From Flavobacteriaceae bacterium (GTDB lineage Bacteria; Bacteroidota; Bacteroidia; Flavobacteriales; Weeksellaceae): DNA of 64,000 nt. Under the pieces are notes generated by a model. That model ran no database searches and was not told the origin of the DNA. It worked only from the letters and a program-made list of their open reading frames with translations. Positions 19,286-28,978 of this stretch are shown here, in pieces (within the stretch, counting starts at the first letter, position 1; every line of letters begins with the position of its first letter). Location: positions 3,159 through 67,158 of the forward strand of contig JAUMXI010000006.1 in the NCBI GenBank assembly GCA_030529185.1, given 5' to 3'. The position numbers and the translations under genes were made by a program.

Positions 19286-21511
19286 TTAGAATTCTATTTT
19301 CAGGGTACCGATGAAGGTTCTCGGGAAACCTGTGAGATAGGTAGCTCCATTCCCTTGGTTTTCATCTCTTGTATCAATCACGCCTATATATTTTTTATTG
19401 GCAATGTTTTTTACTTCAACTCCCAAATATATGTTTTTCAACACTTTTGAAAAATGAGCTTTGTAGCTTAGAGATGCGTCAAACACGGTGTAAGCTGGAA
19501 CTTTTTCTTTATTTAAAGCATCTCCAAAACGCTCTCCTAAATGATTAACAAATAGGTTAGCACTTAGGTTTTTAGAGTTATATATCAAGCCTGATTTTAT
19601 CATTATTTTCGGGGTAGCAGGAGATTGTTTTCCACCGATTGGGATAATTTTCTTTTCTTCTCCTTTTTTATTAAACTCTATATCCTTATCGTATTGTACG
19701 GAGTTATAAGAAGGATTTAAGAAGAATTGGAAATTTTCCGCTAATTGAAAATAAGATTCTATCTCTGCACCTTTTGTTGTCATTTTCCCTGCATTTTGAG
19801 AATAAGTTGCATTTACTCTTGGGTCAAATACATTTGCTAAAACATTATTTTGTTTTCCGTAATAAATACTTCCGTTAATTTTCACTTTTTTAGAGTTAAA
19901 AAATAGTCCTAAATCCACATTATCGGAAGATTCCATCACCCAGCTGTCCAAAATACTTTGCAAACTCATTCCTTGTGCTTGGAAGGCAGCTCTTGCTCCA
20001 AGATAAGTATTTTCTATCGTAGAATAAGGTCTCATATAGCCTCTACCATAATTGGCATAAATCTCTAATTGCTTATTAAACTGATAACCTAAACCTACCG
20101 ACGGAAGCCATTGAGCATTTGTCCCTCTTTTAGTAATCATATCGGGTGATGCTACCTCTCGCGGTGAGTTATCCGTAGCAGACTTTGGTTCATATCTATT
20201 TTGAGCAGGATAAGTATAAGCCATATATTTTAAACCTGCTTGCACTTTGAAGTTTTCTCCTTCATAAGCAAGTTTCACATAAGGGTTGTTGATAGCCCAA
20301 TTATCAATGATTTCGTTGTAGAATCTATATCCCAATTTCTTAAGCCCTGTTGGTTCTATTTTATAGCTTACTACAGCTGCTGCATTAGGAATGTAGCGAG
20401 AGGTTTCGTGCCAGTATCCTAATCCAAAATTGAAATTATCCCATTTCATTTTCCAATCTGCTATCACCCCTACTTGCCAGAAATCTCTTCTTACATCTTT
20501 TTTCTGCTTTTCTCCTATATTGGTTTCTGTATAATCGGCATCTTCTTTAGCATAATAAGGTTTTATAGAAAACTTCTGATTATCATTAGGCTTATAGCTT
20601 AAATATAGCATATTGGTAGAGTTTCTATTATTCCCTTTATTATAGTGTGCGTAATAGACATCTTTTGCTGGGTCTCCAGTTAATTTATCATTATAATCAA
20701 GGTGGTAGTTTTTCTCTAAATCCATTACCTCGTTATATTTTAATTTTCTAAAGAAATATCGGAAAGCATAGTTATAATTTGAGAAAACCTCTAAAGAGAG
20801 TTTATCATTAAAATGATGAGTAACTCCGATGGAATAGTTCTTTCTATTTGAAAGCAAGCCCACTCCTTTCCATTTATCTGCTTCTGTGAAAGAAAATGAA
20901 AAATAAGCTGATGTTTTGCTATCTCCAGATTCAAATACTCCTGTATTAAACCTTGCGTAAGTTCTCATATAGTTATTACTTCCGAAAGACTGCAAGACTT
21001 CTAAACCAGACTGACGAGGGGAGCGTCTGAACGATATATCCACAGAACCACCTCTATTCCCTGATGCAGAGAAAACATCGGCAGGAACTGCTCCTTTATA
21101 AATAGCTACACTATTAAGGTTTTCTTTATCAAAAACATCTTCTCTCGGCCCGATAGGAGACACTCCATAATTTGGAACCCCTTCTACCGTAACTCCTGCA
21201 AAAAAATTCCTCATTCCTCGCACTCTCATCACGCTATACCCCAGACCATAAGCATCGGTAGTTTGAGTATTTACGGAAGGGACAATATTCACCAAATTAA
21301 ATAAACTTCCATTGGCTACCACTCCTACCGCATCTATTCCTCTTGGCGTGATTTCCGTTCCTGTATAAAGCACATCTCCTATTCTTTTCATAGGTTGAGT
21401 TGCCGTCTTTAGAATGACAACTTCTTCTATTTCTTTCTTTTCTTCTTCCTGAGCCTGAACTCTTGTCACTAACCCAGCAAGTAGGGTTAAATAAATGATT
21501 TTTCTTTTCAT
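19286..21511 (-). CDS. TonB-dependent outer membrane receptor, paralog of 16992..19193
   Basis: 741 aa. The N-terminal ~200 aa are nearly colinear with the downstream receptor (…YTGTEITPRGIDAVGVVAN…), and the protein ends …LKIEF. Confidence 0.85.
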   Translation of the reverse strand: MKRKIIYLTLLAGLVTRVQAQEEEKKEIEEVVILKTATQPMKRIGDVLYTGTEITPRGIDAVGVVANGSLFNLVNIVPSVNTQTTDAYGLGYSVMRVRGMRNFFAGVTVEGVPNYGVSPIGPREDVFDKENLNSVAIYKGAVPADVFSASGNRGGSVDISFRRSPRQSGLEVLQSFGSNNYMRTYARFNTGVFESGDSKTSAYFSFSFTEADKWKGVGLLSNRKNYSIGVTHHFNDKLSLEVFSNYNYAFRYFFRKLKYNEVMDLEKNYHLDYNDKLTGDPAKDVYYAHYNKGNNRNSTNMLYLSYKPNDNQKFSIKPYYAKEDADYTETNIGEKQKKDVRRDFWQVGVIADWKMKWDNFNFGLGYWHETSRYIPNAAAVVSYKIEPTGLKKLGYRFYNEIIDNWAINNPYVKLAYEGENFKVQAGLKYMAYTYPAQNRYEPKSATDNSPREVASPDMITKRGTNAQWLPSVGLGYQFNKQLEIYANYGRGYMRPYSTIENTYLGARAAFQAQGMSLQSILDSWVMESSDNVDLGLFFNSKKVKINGSIYYGKQNNVLANVFDPRVNATYSQNAGKMTTKGAEIESYFQLAENFQFFLNPSYNSVQYDKDIEFNKKGEEKKIIPIGGKQSPATPKIMIKSGLIYNSKNLSANLFVNHLGERFGDALNKEKVPAYTVFDASLSYKAHFSKVLKNIYLGVEVKNIANKKYIGVIDTRDENQGNGATYLTGFPRTFIGTLKIEF

Positions 21512-21523
21512 TCTTATAATTAT

Positions 21524-22606
21524 TTAAAATTCAATTTGTTTAAACTCTAAATCAAAACCTTTTAAATCAATTTTTTTATTGTAAAATTTCTCCAAAATCT
21601 CTTTGGATTTTTCCTCTATATCAATATCCTTAAAACGCTCTGGATAAAGCACCTTTCCTACATACCAAGCGTCTATAATGGCATAATCATAACTGGTACT
21701 ATTATTAATATATCTAGGGATTATATAAACTTGATTGTTTCTAAAAGCCTTTAAGGTTTGGTATAAAGATTTATTCTGCCCTATTTCTTTTTGAGCCAAT
21801 AACCACCCATCGGAGTCGATAAAGATATAATCTGGGTTCCACTCTATCAATTTTTCTAAATCTATGGTAATGGCACGAGTATAGCCTTTGCCGTAATCTA
21901 AATTTGCTACTACATTTTTGGCATTGGTAAGCATAAACGGAGCAAAATTAGCCCTTGTAGAGCCTAAACCTCGTGAACCATTAAAAGACAAACCTCCTAC
22001 ATATACAGAGGGTTTATTTTTTTCTTCAACGCCTTTGGTTCGCTCTTGTAGCTCACTCATATTCTGCTTTATATAGGATATGAGTTCTTCCGCTCTATCT
22101 TCTTTTTTCAAAGTTTTACCAATAACCCTTAAGCTATTATAAATCTCGTCATTCTCTACACCCAACTCTCCACTTTTGAGGGTGATTGTAGGGATATTAA
22201 TTTTATCTTGCAAACCTTGTGCAGACCCCTTGGAAGTGGCATAACCAGACCAAAACACAACATCTGGTTGGGCTTTTAATATCAACTCCTCATCGCCCCC
22301 TGGCTGAGGTCCTATAATTGCTTTAGTTTTTATCTCTGGAAATGCTAGATTATAAGGTCTTGATGCCACATGCTCTCTCTCCTCTACGCCTACTACATTA
22401 GGAATCGCACTCATATAGCTCAAAAACCTCATCGCACCTGCATTTACCCCTATTACTCTTTCCACATTTTCTGGAACTAAAACTTTTCGTCCCTCAACAT
22501 CTACTACTTCGCGAGAATTTCTCTGATTTTCTACATTGTTCTTGGTACATTGAGCAAATAACAAAAAACCTAATAACCAAAACAATAGCCTATTTTTATT
22601 TTTCAT
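21524..22606 (-). CDS. ABC transporter periplasmic/lipoprotein substrate-binding protein (class III, FecB/BtuF/HmuT-like)
   Basis: 360 aa with lipobox …LLFAQCTK. It sits first in an operon with two TBDRs, a FecCD permease and an ATPase. Confidence 0.7.
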   Translation of the reverse strand: MKNKNRLLFWLLGFLLFAQCTKNNVENQRNSREVVDVEGRKVLVPENVERVIGVNAGAMRFLSYMSAIPNVVGVEEREHVASRPYNLAFPEIKTKAIIGPQPGGDEELILKAQPDVVFWSGYATSKGSAQGLQDKINIPTITLKSGELGVENDEIYNSLRVIGKTLKKEDRAEELISYIKQNMSELQERTKGVEEKNKPSVYVGGLSFNGSRGLGSTRANFAPFMLTNAKNVVANLDYGKGYTRAITIDLEKLIEWNPDYIFIDSDGWLLAQKEIGQNKSLYQTLKAFRNNQVYIIPRYINNSTSYDYAIIDAWYVGKVLYPERFKDIDIEEKSKEILEKFYNKKIDLKGFDLEFKQIEF

Positions 22607-22682
22607 AAGATTTATAATTTCATAGCAAATTTATATAATATTAACATTTTTTAACAACAATAATTCTATGATTTTTATCATA

Positions 22683-22717
22683 ATAAAAAAAAGACACTTT
22701 AATAAAAAAGCGTCTTT
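22683..22717 (-). terminator. rho-independent terminator downstream of the DUF1232 gene
   Basis: AAGACAC (22691-22697) pairs with GCGTCTT (22710-22716) with one mismatch. The A-run at 22684-22691 becomes a U-run after the hairpin on the minus transcript. Confidence 0.4.
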
Positions 22718-22741
22718 AAACATAAAAATTGATTCTATTCG

Positions 22742-23047
22742 TTATTTCTGAAATTTACTCACTTCCCAAAGGACGAAATCATCTATCTCTTTTGTTAGTT
22801 TTGAAATTAAAATACTTAAAATTCCAATATCATCAATCCAACCGAGAAATGGTATCCAGTCGGGGATAAAATCTAAAGGAAATAACACATAAAGAACAAC
22901 CAATGCTATATAAATCATAGCTGTTTTGGGTAATTGGTATTCTCTCTTCAAAGTTTTTTTCAACATTCTGAAAAAGGTAGGAATTTTTAAAATAAAACTT
23001 CTATTTAGAAAAAGTCCTTGCATTAATTTTAATTTTGAAAATCTCAT
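22742..23047 (-). CDS. DUF1232/YkvA-family small membrane protein
   Basis: 101 aa with …FPLDFIPDWIPFLGWIDDIGILSILI…, characteristic of DUF1232. Confidence 0.6.
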   Translation of the reverse strand: MRFSKLKLMQGLFLNRSFILKIPTFFRMLKKTLKREYQLPKTAMIYIALVVLYVLFPLDFIPDWIPFLGWIDDIGILSILISKLTKEIDDFVLWEVSKFQK

Positions 23048-23094
23048 TTTTTTGTTATTTTTTTTATAATTATTACAAAATCTTTGCCATTTAT

Positions 23095-23652
23095 TTAATC
23101 TAAATTTTCAATAAACTGATGCACTGCATGGGCGTTCCAATCGGCAGCTCCTTGATCTTTCTTCAAGATTTTCCCTTCTTTATCAATGATGAAAGTCGTA
23201 GGAAAACTACTGAATTCCAAAACCATTGGCAGTGGATTTTCCGTCATATAAACAGGCGTAGTGTAATTATTTTTCTCAATAAAAGCCTTTACTTTTGCCT
23301 CGTCATCTTGCATTGCAATCAGCACAAAATCCATTTTATCTTTTTGAGCATCATACAACTCTTGAATGCTAGGAAATTCCGTTCTGCACGGCGGGCACCA
23401 ACTCCCCCAGAAATTCAAAAAAATATTTTTCCCTTTAAAATCCGACAAATGAGCATCAGGAACATTAATTCCCTTTAACGCAATATCATAATCTTTGGGT
23501 GCTAATTTTCCGTAATTTTCCGTTTTCTCCAATGAAGGGCTCATCAAAAAAGGTCTTTGGATAAATTCCCTCACGCCAGGAACGAAAAAAAATACTACGA
23601 TGAAAACACCAAAAAATAAATTCTCCCAATGTTTTTTTAAAAACTCTTTCAT
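23095..23652 (-). CDS. TlpA-like thiol-disulfide oxidoreductase (thioredoxin fold)
   Basis: 185 aa with an N-terminal TM anchor and active site WGSWCPPC. Confidence 0.8.
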   Translation of the reverse strand: MKEFLKKHWENLFFGVFIVVFFFVPGVREFIQRPFLMSPSLEKTENYGKLAPKDYDIALKGINVPDAHLSDFKGKNIFLNFWGSWCPPCRTEFPSIQELYDAQKDKMDFVLIAMQDDEAKVKAFIEKNNYTTPVYMTENPLPMVLEFSSFPTTFIIDKEGKILKKDQGAADWNAHAVHQFIENLD

Positions 23653-23655
23653 TTT

Positions 23656-24555
23656 CTATATATGATTTAAAAATTTTTCCAACTCTTCCTGAGAATAATC
23701 ATAGCGAATAGGAATGACATTTTCCAGTTTTTTAATCCAAGTGAGCTGACGCTTCGCATATCTCCTTGAATTTTTCTTAATTTCCGAAACGGCAAATTCC
23801 AAACTCCATTCTCCATCAAAACACTTAAAAAGCTCGGTATAGCCCACCGTTTGCAGTGCCACCCTATCCCTATACGGCAAAAGCTTTCTCGCCTCTTCCA
23901 AAAGTCCTTGCTCCATCATTTTATCCACTCGGCGATTAATTCTATCGTAAATCACTTCTCTATCAGCCTCAATGCCAATTCTTATCACTTCAAAATTTCT
24001 CTTATTTTTAGGGGAATTAATCAACTCTGAGTAAGGTTTTCCCATTTGCCAAATCACATCCAAAGCCCTTAACAAACGGCGAGGATTTTCTTTATCTACC
24101 ACTTGATAATAAACTTCATCTTCTTGTTTTAAAAGCTGTTGCAAAGCTTCAATTCCTTCTTCTTCCCAAATTTTCTGCAATTTTTTTTGGTTTTCTTCAT
24201 TGGCTTCTGGCAAATCATTCAAACCCTCTACTAAAGCCTTTTCATACATTCCCGACCCCCCCACTAGCACCACTTCATTATATTTTGAAAAAAGTTCGTT
24301 GAGTTTGTTCAGTGCATCAATTTCATACTGACCGATGGAGTAATCCTCCTTAATACTTAAATTCCCTATGAAATGATGTTTTGCCTGTGAAAGTTCCAAC
24401 TCATCAGGGGCTGCCGTGCCAATACCCATTTCACGAAAAAACTGCCTTGCATCACAAGACAAAATCTCCGTGCCAAAATATTGTGCTACCAAAATTGCCA
24501 ATTTGGTTTTCCCAATCCCTGTAGCCCCTACAATGGAAATCAATCGTTTTTTCAT
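23656..24555 (-). CDS. miaA: tRNA dimethylallyltransferase
   Basis: 299 aa with P-loop IVGATGIGKTKLAI. Confidence 0.9.
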   Translation of the reverse strand: MKKRLISIVGATGIGKTKLAILVAQYFGTEILSCDARQFFREMGIGTAAPDELELSQAKHHFIGNLSIKEDYSIGQYEIDALNKLNELFSKYNEVVLVGGSGMYEKALVEGLNDLPEANEENQKKLQKIWEEEGIEALQQLLKQEDEVYYQVVDKENPRRLLRALDVIWQMGKPYSELINSPKNKRNFEVIRIGIEADREVIYDRINRRVDKMMEQGLLEEARKLLPYRDRVALQTVGYTELFKCFDGEWSLEFAVSEIKKNSRRYAKRQLTWIKKLENVIPIRYDYSQEELEKFLNHI

Positions 24556-24681
24556 ACATCAAAAAGATTATGGCAAATATATTAAATCCTTTTTTACATC
24601 AAAAACTACTTTTTTAATCCTTTAATTTTCCATTTATCATCTTAAAAAGTTAATTTTGCTTTTTCAAAGCTCAAATAGAAT

Positions 24682-25311
24682 ATGGATATTATTTTAAAAT
24701 ATTTCCCTGACCTTACCGAAGAACAAAAATATCAATTTGCGAAACTGGAGGGACTCTACAACGAATGGAACGAAAAAATCAATGTGATTTCGCGAAAGGA
24801 TATGGAAAGCCTTTACGAAAAACACATTTTGCATTCGCTGGGGATTGCTAAAATTATGCCTTTCTCGGCGGGGACAAAGGTGTTGGATATCGGCACTGGG
24901 GGCGGTTTCCCTGGCATTCCGTTGGCGATTTTGTTCCCCGAAGCAGAATTTACTCTGATAGATTCCATCGGTAAAAAAATAAAAGTGGTAGAAGCCGTAG
25001 CAGAAGACATTGGGCTGAAAAATGTGACCACCATACACGGAAGAGCCGAAAAACTAAAGGACAAATACCATTTCGTGGTAAGCCGTGCCGTTACGCAAAT
25101 GCCCGTTTTCTTGCGTTGGCTAAAAGGGAAATTTGAGAAAGAGCAAATCAATGAGAAGCATAATGGGGTGCTTTACCTTAAAGGGGGCGATTTGGCAGAG
25201 GAATTGGCTGGACTCCGTTGCGAAATTTTCCAACTCAAAGAGCATTTTGAAGAAGATTTTTTTGACACGAAAAAAGTAGTCTATCTCTCCAAAGGAAATT
25301 TTAATAGTTAA
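24682..25311 (+). CDS. rsmG: 16S rRNA (guanine527-N7)-methyltransferase
   Basis: 209 aa with SAM-binding motif …VLDIGTGGGFPGIPLAI…. Confidence 0.9.
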   Translation: MDIILKYFPDLTEEQKYQFAKLEGLYNEWNEKINVISRKDMESLYEKHILHSLGIAKIMPFSAGTKVLDIGTGGGFPGIPLAILFPEAEFTLIDSIGKKIKVVEAVAEDIGLKNVTTIHGRAEKLKDKYHFVVSRAVTQMPVFLRWLKGKFEKEQINEKHNGVLYLKGGDLAEELAGLRCEIFQLKEHFEEDFFDTKKVVYLSKGNFNS

Positions 25312-25379
25312 AGCCCCTAAACAAAGGAATTTTACCCTCCCAAAAAAACTACAAGATACAAAAAAAACGAAGCTCCATT

Positions 25380-25961
25380 TTACTTAAAAAATGCTTCGTT
25401 TTTCAATTTATTAAATGCTTTACAAGCCTCATTACTCATGTTTTGACAAGATTTTTTATACCAGTACAAGGCTTTTTCATTAGACTGTTCCACGCCTTCT
25501 CCATTTTCATAAGCAACTCCTAAGGCATATTGAGCCTCTGTATGTCCTTGTTCTGCTGCCTTTTTCCACCAATATATAGCCTGAATATAAGACTGTTCCA
25601 CACCTTCTCCATCTTCATAAGCGACCCCCAAACCGTATTGTGCAGCCGCGTTTCCTTGTTCTGCGGATTTCCTCCACCAATATACCGCTTGAGTATAAGA
25701 CTGTTCTACTCCCTTACCTACTGCATAAGCCATTCCCAAACCATACTGTGCTTCCGCATTGCCTTTTTCCGCTGATTTCCCCCACCAATACACCGCTTGA
25801 ATACAAGATTGCTCTACTCCTTTGCCTATTCCATAAACTAAACCTAAACAATATTGTGATTTCGCATCACCTAGCTCTGCTTGTTTCCTTAATTCCTCAA
25901 TACTCTGCCCGTAAAACAACGAATGCAACACCAAGCCTAATATCAAAAACCCTTGTTTCAT
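25380..25961 (-). CDS. secreted Sel1-repeat (TPR-like) protein
   Basis: 193 aa with a signal peptide and five repeats of about 36 aa (…QAVYWW(R/K)KSAEQGNAxAQYGLGxAYxxGxGVEQS…). The underlying DNA is also repetitive. Confidence 0.8.
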   Translation of the reverse strand: MKQGFLILGLVLHSLFYGQSIEELRKQAELGDAKSQYCLGLVYGIGKGVEQSCIQAVYWWGKSAEKGNAEAQYGLGMAYAVGKGVEQSYTQAVYWWRKSAEQGNAAAQYGLGVAYEDGEGVEQSYIQAIYWWKKAAEQGHTEAQYALGVAYENGEGVEQSNEKALYWYKKSCQNMSNEACKAFNKLKNEAFFK

Positions 25962-26092
25962 ATCATGAAAATTTAACCAATTATTAAAAATTAAAATCCA
26001 CAGACAACAAAGCCTTATAGCTCTTTACCTATGGCATATTCAATTTTATAAAAAATTTAAAAAAAGACTTGTGTGTTCTAAAAAATTGTGTA

Positions 26093-26102
26093 GGGGGGGG
26101 GG
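26093..26102. repeat. G10 homopolymeric tract in the intergenic region
   Basis: tgtgtaGGGGGGGGGGtaaaac read directly from the sequence. It lies about 130 nt upstream of the Sel1-repeat gene start on the minus strand and about 150 nt upstream of glyQS on the plus strand. Confidence 0.9.
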
Positions 26103-26253
26103 TAAAACAGTTATTAGATTTCATTGTTTTTCAGATATTAAACACTGCAAAGGTAAAAATAGTTTTCATATTTCCAAATTTCCTCATTCTCAAATTACGA
26201 TATTGACAAATTATCTCATTTTATTTTTTATTTTTGCATAAATTAATTTTGAT

Positions 26254-27795
26254 ATGGCAAAGCAAGACGATATTTTCAAAAAGGTGGTTTCCCACGCCAA
26301 AGAATATGGGTTTATTTTTCCGTCCAGTGAAATTTATGACGGACTTTCTGCGATTTATGATTATGGGCAAAATGGAGCAGAATTAAAAAACAATATTAAA
26401 CAATATTGGTGGAAGGCGATGGTGCAGCTCAATGAAAATATTGTGGGGTTAGACTCTGCCATTTTTATGCATCCTACCACTTGGAAAGCTTCCGGGCATA
26501 TTGATGCTTTTAATGACCCACTCATTGACAATAAAGATTCTAAAAAGCGTTTTCGTGCCGATGTTTTGATTGAGGATTACTGTGCAAAATTGGAGGACAA
26601 AGCCCAGAAAGAAATAGAAAAAGCAAAGAAAAGATTTGGCGATAGCTTTGATGAAGCCCAATTCGTAAGCACTAATCCGCGTGTATTGGACTACAGAGAA
26701 AAACAAAAAACAATTCTTTATAGAATGGCAAAATCTCTGGACAATAATGATTTAGCCGATGTAAAAGCCTTGATAGAAGAGTTAGAAATTGCAGACCCAG
26801 ATACGGGGTCTAAAAACTGGACGGAAGTAAGGCAATTCAACCTAATGTTCGGAACGAAACTCGGTGCAGCAGCAGAATCGGCAATGGATTTATACCTTCG
26901 TCCTGAAACGGCACAAGGGATTTTCGTAAACTTTCTTAATGTGCAGAAAACCTCAAGACATAAATTACCATTCGGAATTGCTCAAATCGGAAAAGCATTT
27001 AGAAATGAGATTGTTGCAAGGCAGTTTATTTTCAGAATGCGCGAGTTCGAACAAATGGAAATGCAGTTCTTCGTACCTCCAAGAACAGAGCTGAAATTCT
27101 ATGAAGAGTGGAAACAAAAAAGAATGAATTGGCATTTGGCACTTGGTTTAGGCGAAGAGAATTACAAGTTCCACGACCACGAAAAATTAGCTCACTATGC
27201 CAATGCTGCTGCAGATATTGAATTTAAATTCCCATTCGGATTTAAGGAATTGGAGGGGATTCATTCCAGAACGGATTATGATTTATCAGCTCACGAACAA
27301 CATTCAGGAAGAAAACTACAATATTTTGACCCAGAACGAAACGAAAGTTATGTGCCTTATGTAGTGGAAACTTCCATTGGTTTGGACAGAATGTTCTTGG
27401 CATTGTTCTCTCACTGCCTCAAAGATGAGGTCTTGGAAGATGGCTCAGAGCGTACGGTATTGTCCTTGCCACCAGCGTTGGCACCTGTAAAAGCAGCGAT
27501 TTTACCACTTGTAAAAAAAGACGGATTACCAGAGTTTGCAGAAAAGATTTTCAATGATTTGAAATACGATTTCAATATTATTTTCGAGGAAAAAGATAGT
27601 ATTGGAAAACGATACAGAAGACAAGACGCCATCGGAACTCCATTCTGCATCACGGTGGATCACGATTCATTAAATGATAACACGGTAACACTCCGAGAGA
27701 GAGATACCATGAAACAGGAGCGAGTACCCGTATCAGAACTCCGAAGAATCATTGATGAAAAAGTGAGCTTTAGAAATTTACTTTCAAAAATATAA
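26254..27795 (+). CDS. glyQS: glycine--tRNA ligase (dimeric class II type)
   Basis: 513 aa with an N-terminus typical of GlyRS (…GFIFPSSEIYDGLSAIYDYGQNG…) and a class II core. Confidence 0.9.
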   Translation: MAKQDDIFKKVVSHAKEYGFIFPSSEIYDGLSAIYDYGQNGAELKNNIKQYWWKAMVQLNENIVGLDSAIFMHPTTWKASGHIDAFNDPLIDNKDSKKRFRADVLIEDYCAKLEDKAQKEIEKAKKRFGDSFDEAQFVSTNPRVLDYREKQKTILYRMAKSLDNNDLADVKALIEELEIADPDTGSKNWTEVRQFNLMFGTKLGAAAESAMDLYLRPETAQGIFVNFLNVQKTSRHKLPFGIAQIGKAFRNEIVARQFIFRMREFEQMEMQFFVPPRTELKFYEEWKQKRMNWHLALGLGEENYKFHDHEKLAHYANAAADIEFKFPFGFKELEGIHSRTDYDLSAHEQHSGRKLQYFDPERNESYVPYVVETSIGLDRMFLALFSHCLKDEVLEDGSERTVLSLPPALAPVKAAILPLVKKDGLPEFAEKIFNDLKYDFNIIFEEKDSIGKRYRRQDAIGTPFCITVDHDSLNDNTVTLRERDTMKQERVPVSELRRIIDEKVSFRNLLSKI

Positions 27796-27799
27796 TCTT

Positions 27800-27834
27800 G
27801 AAAACCTTGGGATATTCCTAAGGTTTTCTATTTA
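27800..27834 (+). terminator. hairpin terminator after glyQS (weak U-run)
   Basis: GAAAACCTT (27800-27808) pairs with AAGGTTTTC (27820-27828), followed by tatttatc. Confidence 0.4.
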
Positions 27835-27869
27835 TCATAAATCACTATATTTGTAAAAAAATTCACTCT

Positions 27870-28814
27870 ATGAATATCCAACAAATAGAATACCTCATTG
27901 CTGTTGATAAATACAAACATTTCGGTAAGGCCGCTCAGGCTTGTTTTGTTACTCAGCCTACCCTTAGTGCAATGATTCAGAAATTGGAAGAAGAGCTGGA
28001 AGTCAAAATTTTTGATAGAAGTAGCCACCCTATTCGCACCACGGATATCGGTATGGAAATTGTAAGACAGGCAAAACTCATAATGGATTCTATTATGGAG
28101 TTAAAAAACAAAGTTAATCTTCTCAATAATACTTTGGCTGGAAATCTTAGCTTGGGAATTATCCCTACAATTTCAGACTCTATCTTATCTAATGATTTTT
28201 TTGATTTTCTCATTCAAAACCCTAAAATAGACATTAGCATTAGGGAAATGAATAGCGATAATATCATCAAAAATCTAAAATCTGGTGAAATAGATGCAGG
28301 GATTATCTCCACTCCTTACGAGAATACATCGGAGTTTTTCAGTGATTTCTTATTTAATGAAGAACTTTTCGTTTATTCTTCTTCAGAATCTCCTGAAAAA
28401 CCAAAATATATTAACCCAAAAGAACTTAACATTAACAAAATATGGCTCTTAGAAGAAGGAAACTGCTTGAGAAGACAAACAGAAACCGTATGCCATCTTC
28501 AAGAAAACATCTTAAAACCTAAAAATTTAGAATATCACGCCTCAAATAATAATACCTTGATTAATTTAGTGGATAGATTGGGAGGGATTACCATTATCCC
28601 AGAACTATCTGCCCGAAAATTATGTTGCGAACAAGCCAAAAATGTTTTCCAATTCCAAAAGCCTTTCCCTGCGAGAGAGATTAGTCTTATCTACTACAAG
28701 CCGAGTTATAAGCAAAGAATGTTAGACGAATTGGCTAATTTTATTAAAACTTCCTTAGCCCCAAAACTTAATTTTAATCAAAATCCAAAAGATTACAGTA
28801 TTATCAAACCTTGA
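27870..28814 (+). CDS. oxyR: LysR-family transcriptional regulator, OxyR-like
   Basis: N-terminal HTH MNIQQIEYLIAVDKYKHFGKAAQACFVTQPTLSAMIQKLEEEL, and a Cys pair …GNCLRRQTETVC… with the same 9-residue spacing as E. coli OxyR C199/C208 (GHCLRDQAMGFC). Confidence 0.7.
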   Translation: MNIQQIEYLIAVDKYKHFGKAAQACFVTQPTLSAMIQKLEEELEVKIFDRSSHPIRTTDIGMEIVRQAKLIMDSIMELKNKVNLLNNTLAGNLSLGIIPTISDSILSNDFFDFLIQNPKIDISIREMNSDNIIKNLKSGEIDAGIISTPYENTSEFFSDFLFNEELFVYSSSESPEKPKYINPKELNINKIWLLEEGNCLRRQTETVCHLQENILKPKNLEYHASNNNTLINLVDRLGGITIIPELSARKLCCEQAKNVFQFQKPFPAREISLIYYKPSYKQRMLDELANFIKTSLAPKLNFNQNPKDYSIIKP

Positions 28815-28978
28815 TTTTTTTTTTGAATTAATTTGGTAGTTTATAAATTATTTTTATACTTTTGCCGAAAATTTAGAGGACAAATTTGACTGATTGCAAC
28901 CTCAATAAAAAATGCTAAAACAGACTTTCATTTCTTGAATGAGTATGCAATCCGTCATCAATATTAATGATTTTTATT

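Noticed and set aside
22607-22741. Possible cobalamin riboswitch upstream of the TonB/ABC uptake operon
   Set aside because: The leader is only about 135 nt and AT-rich with no B12-box-like GC-rich core. It contains a terminator hairpin for the upstream gene instead.
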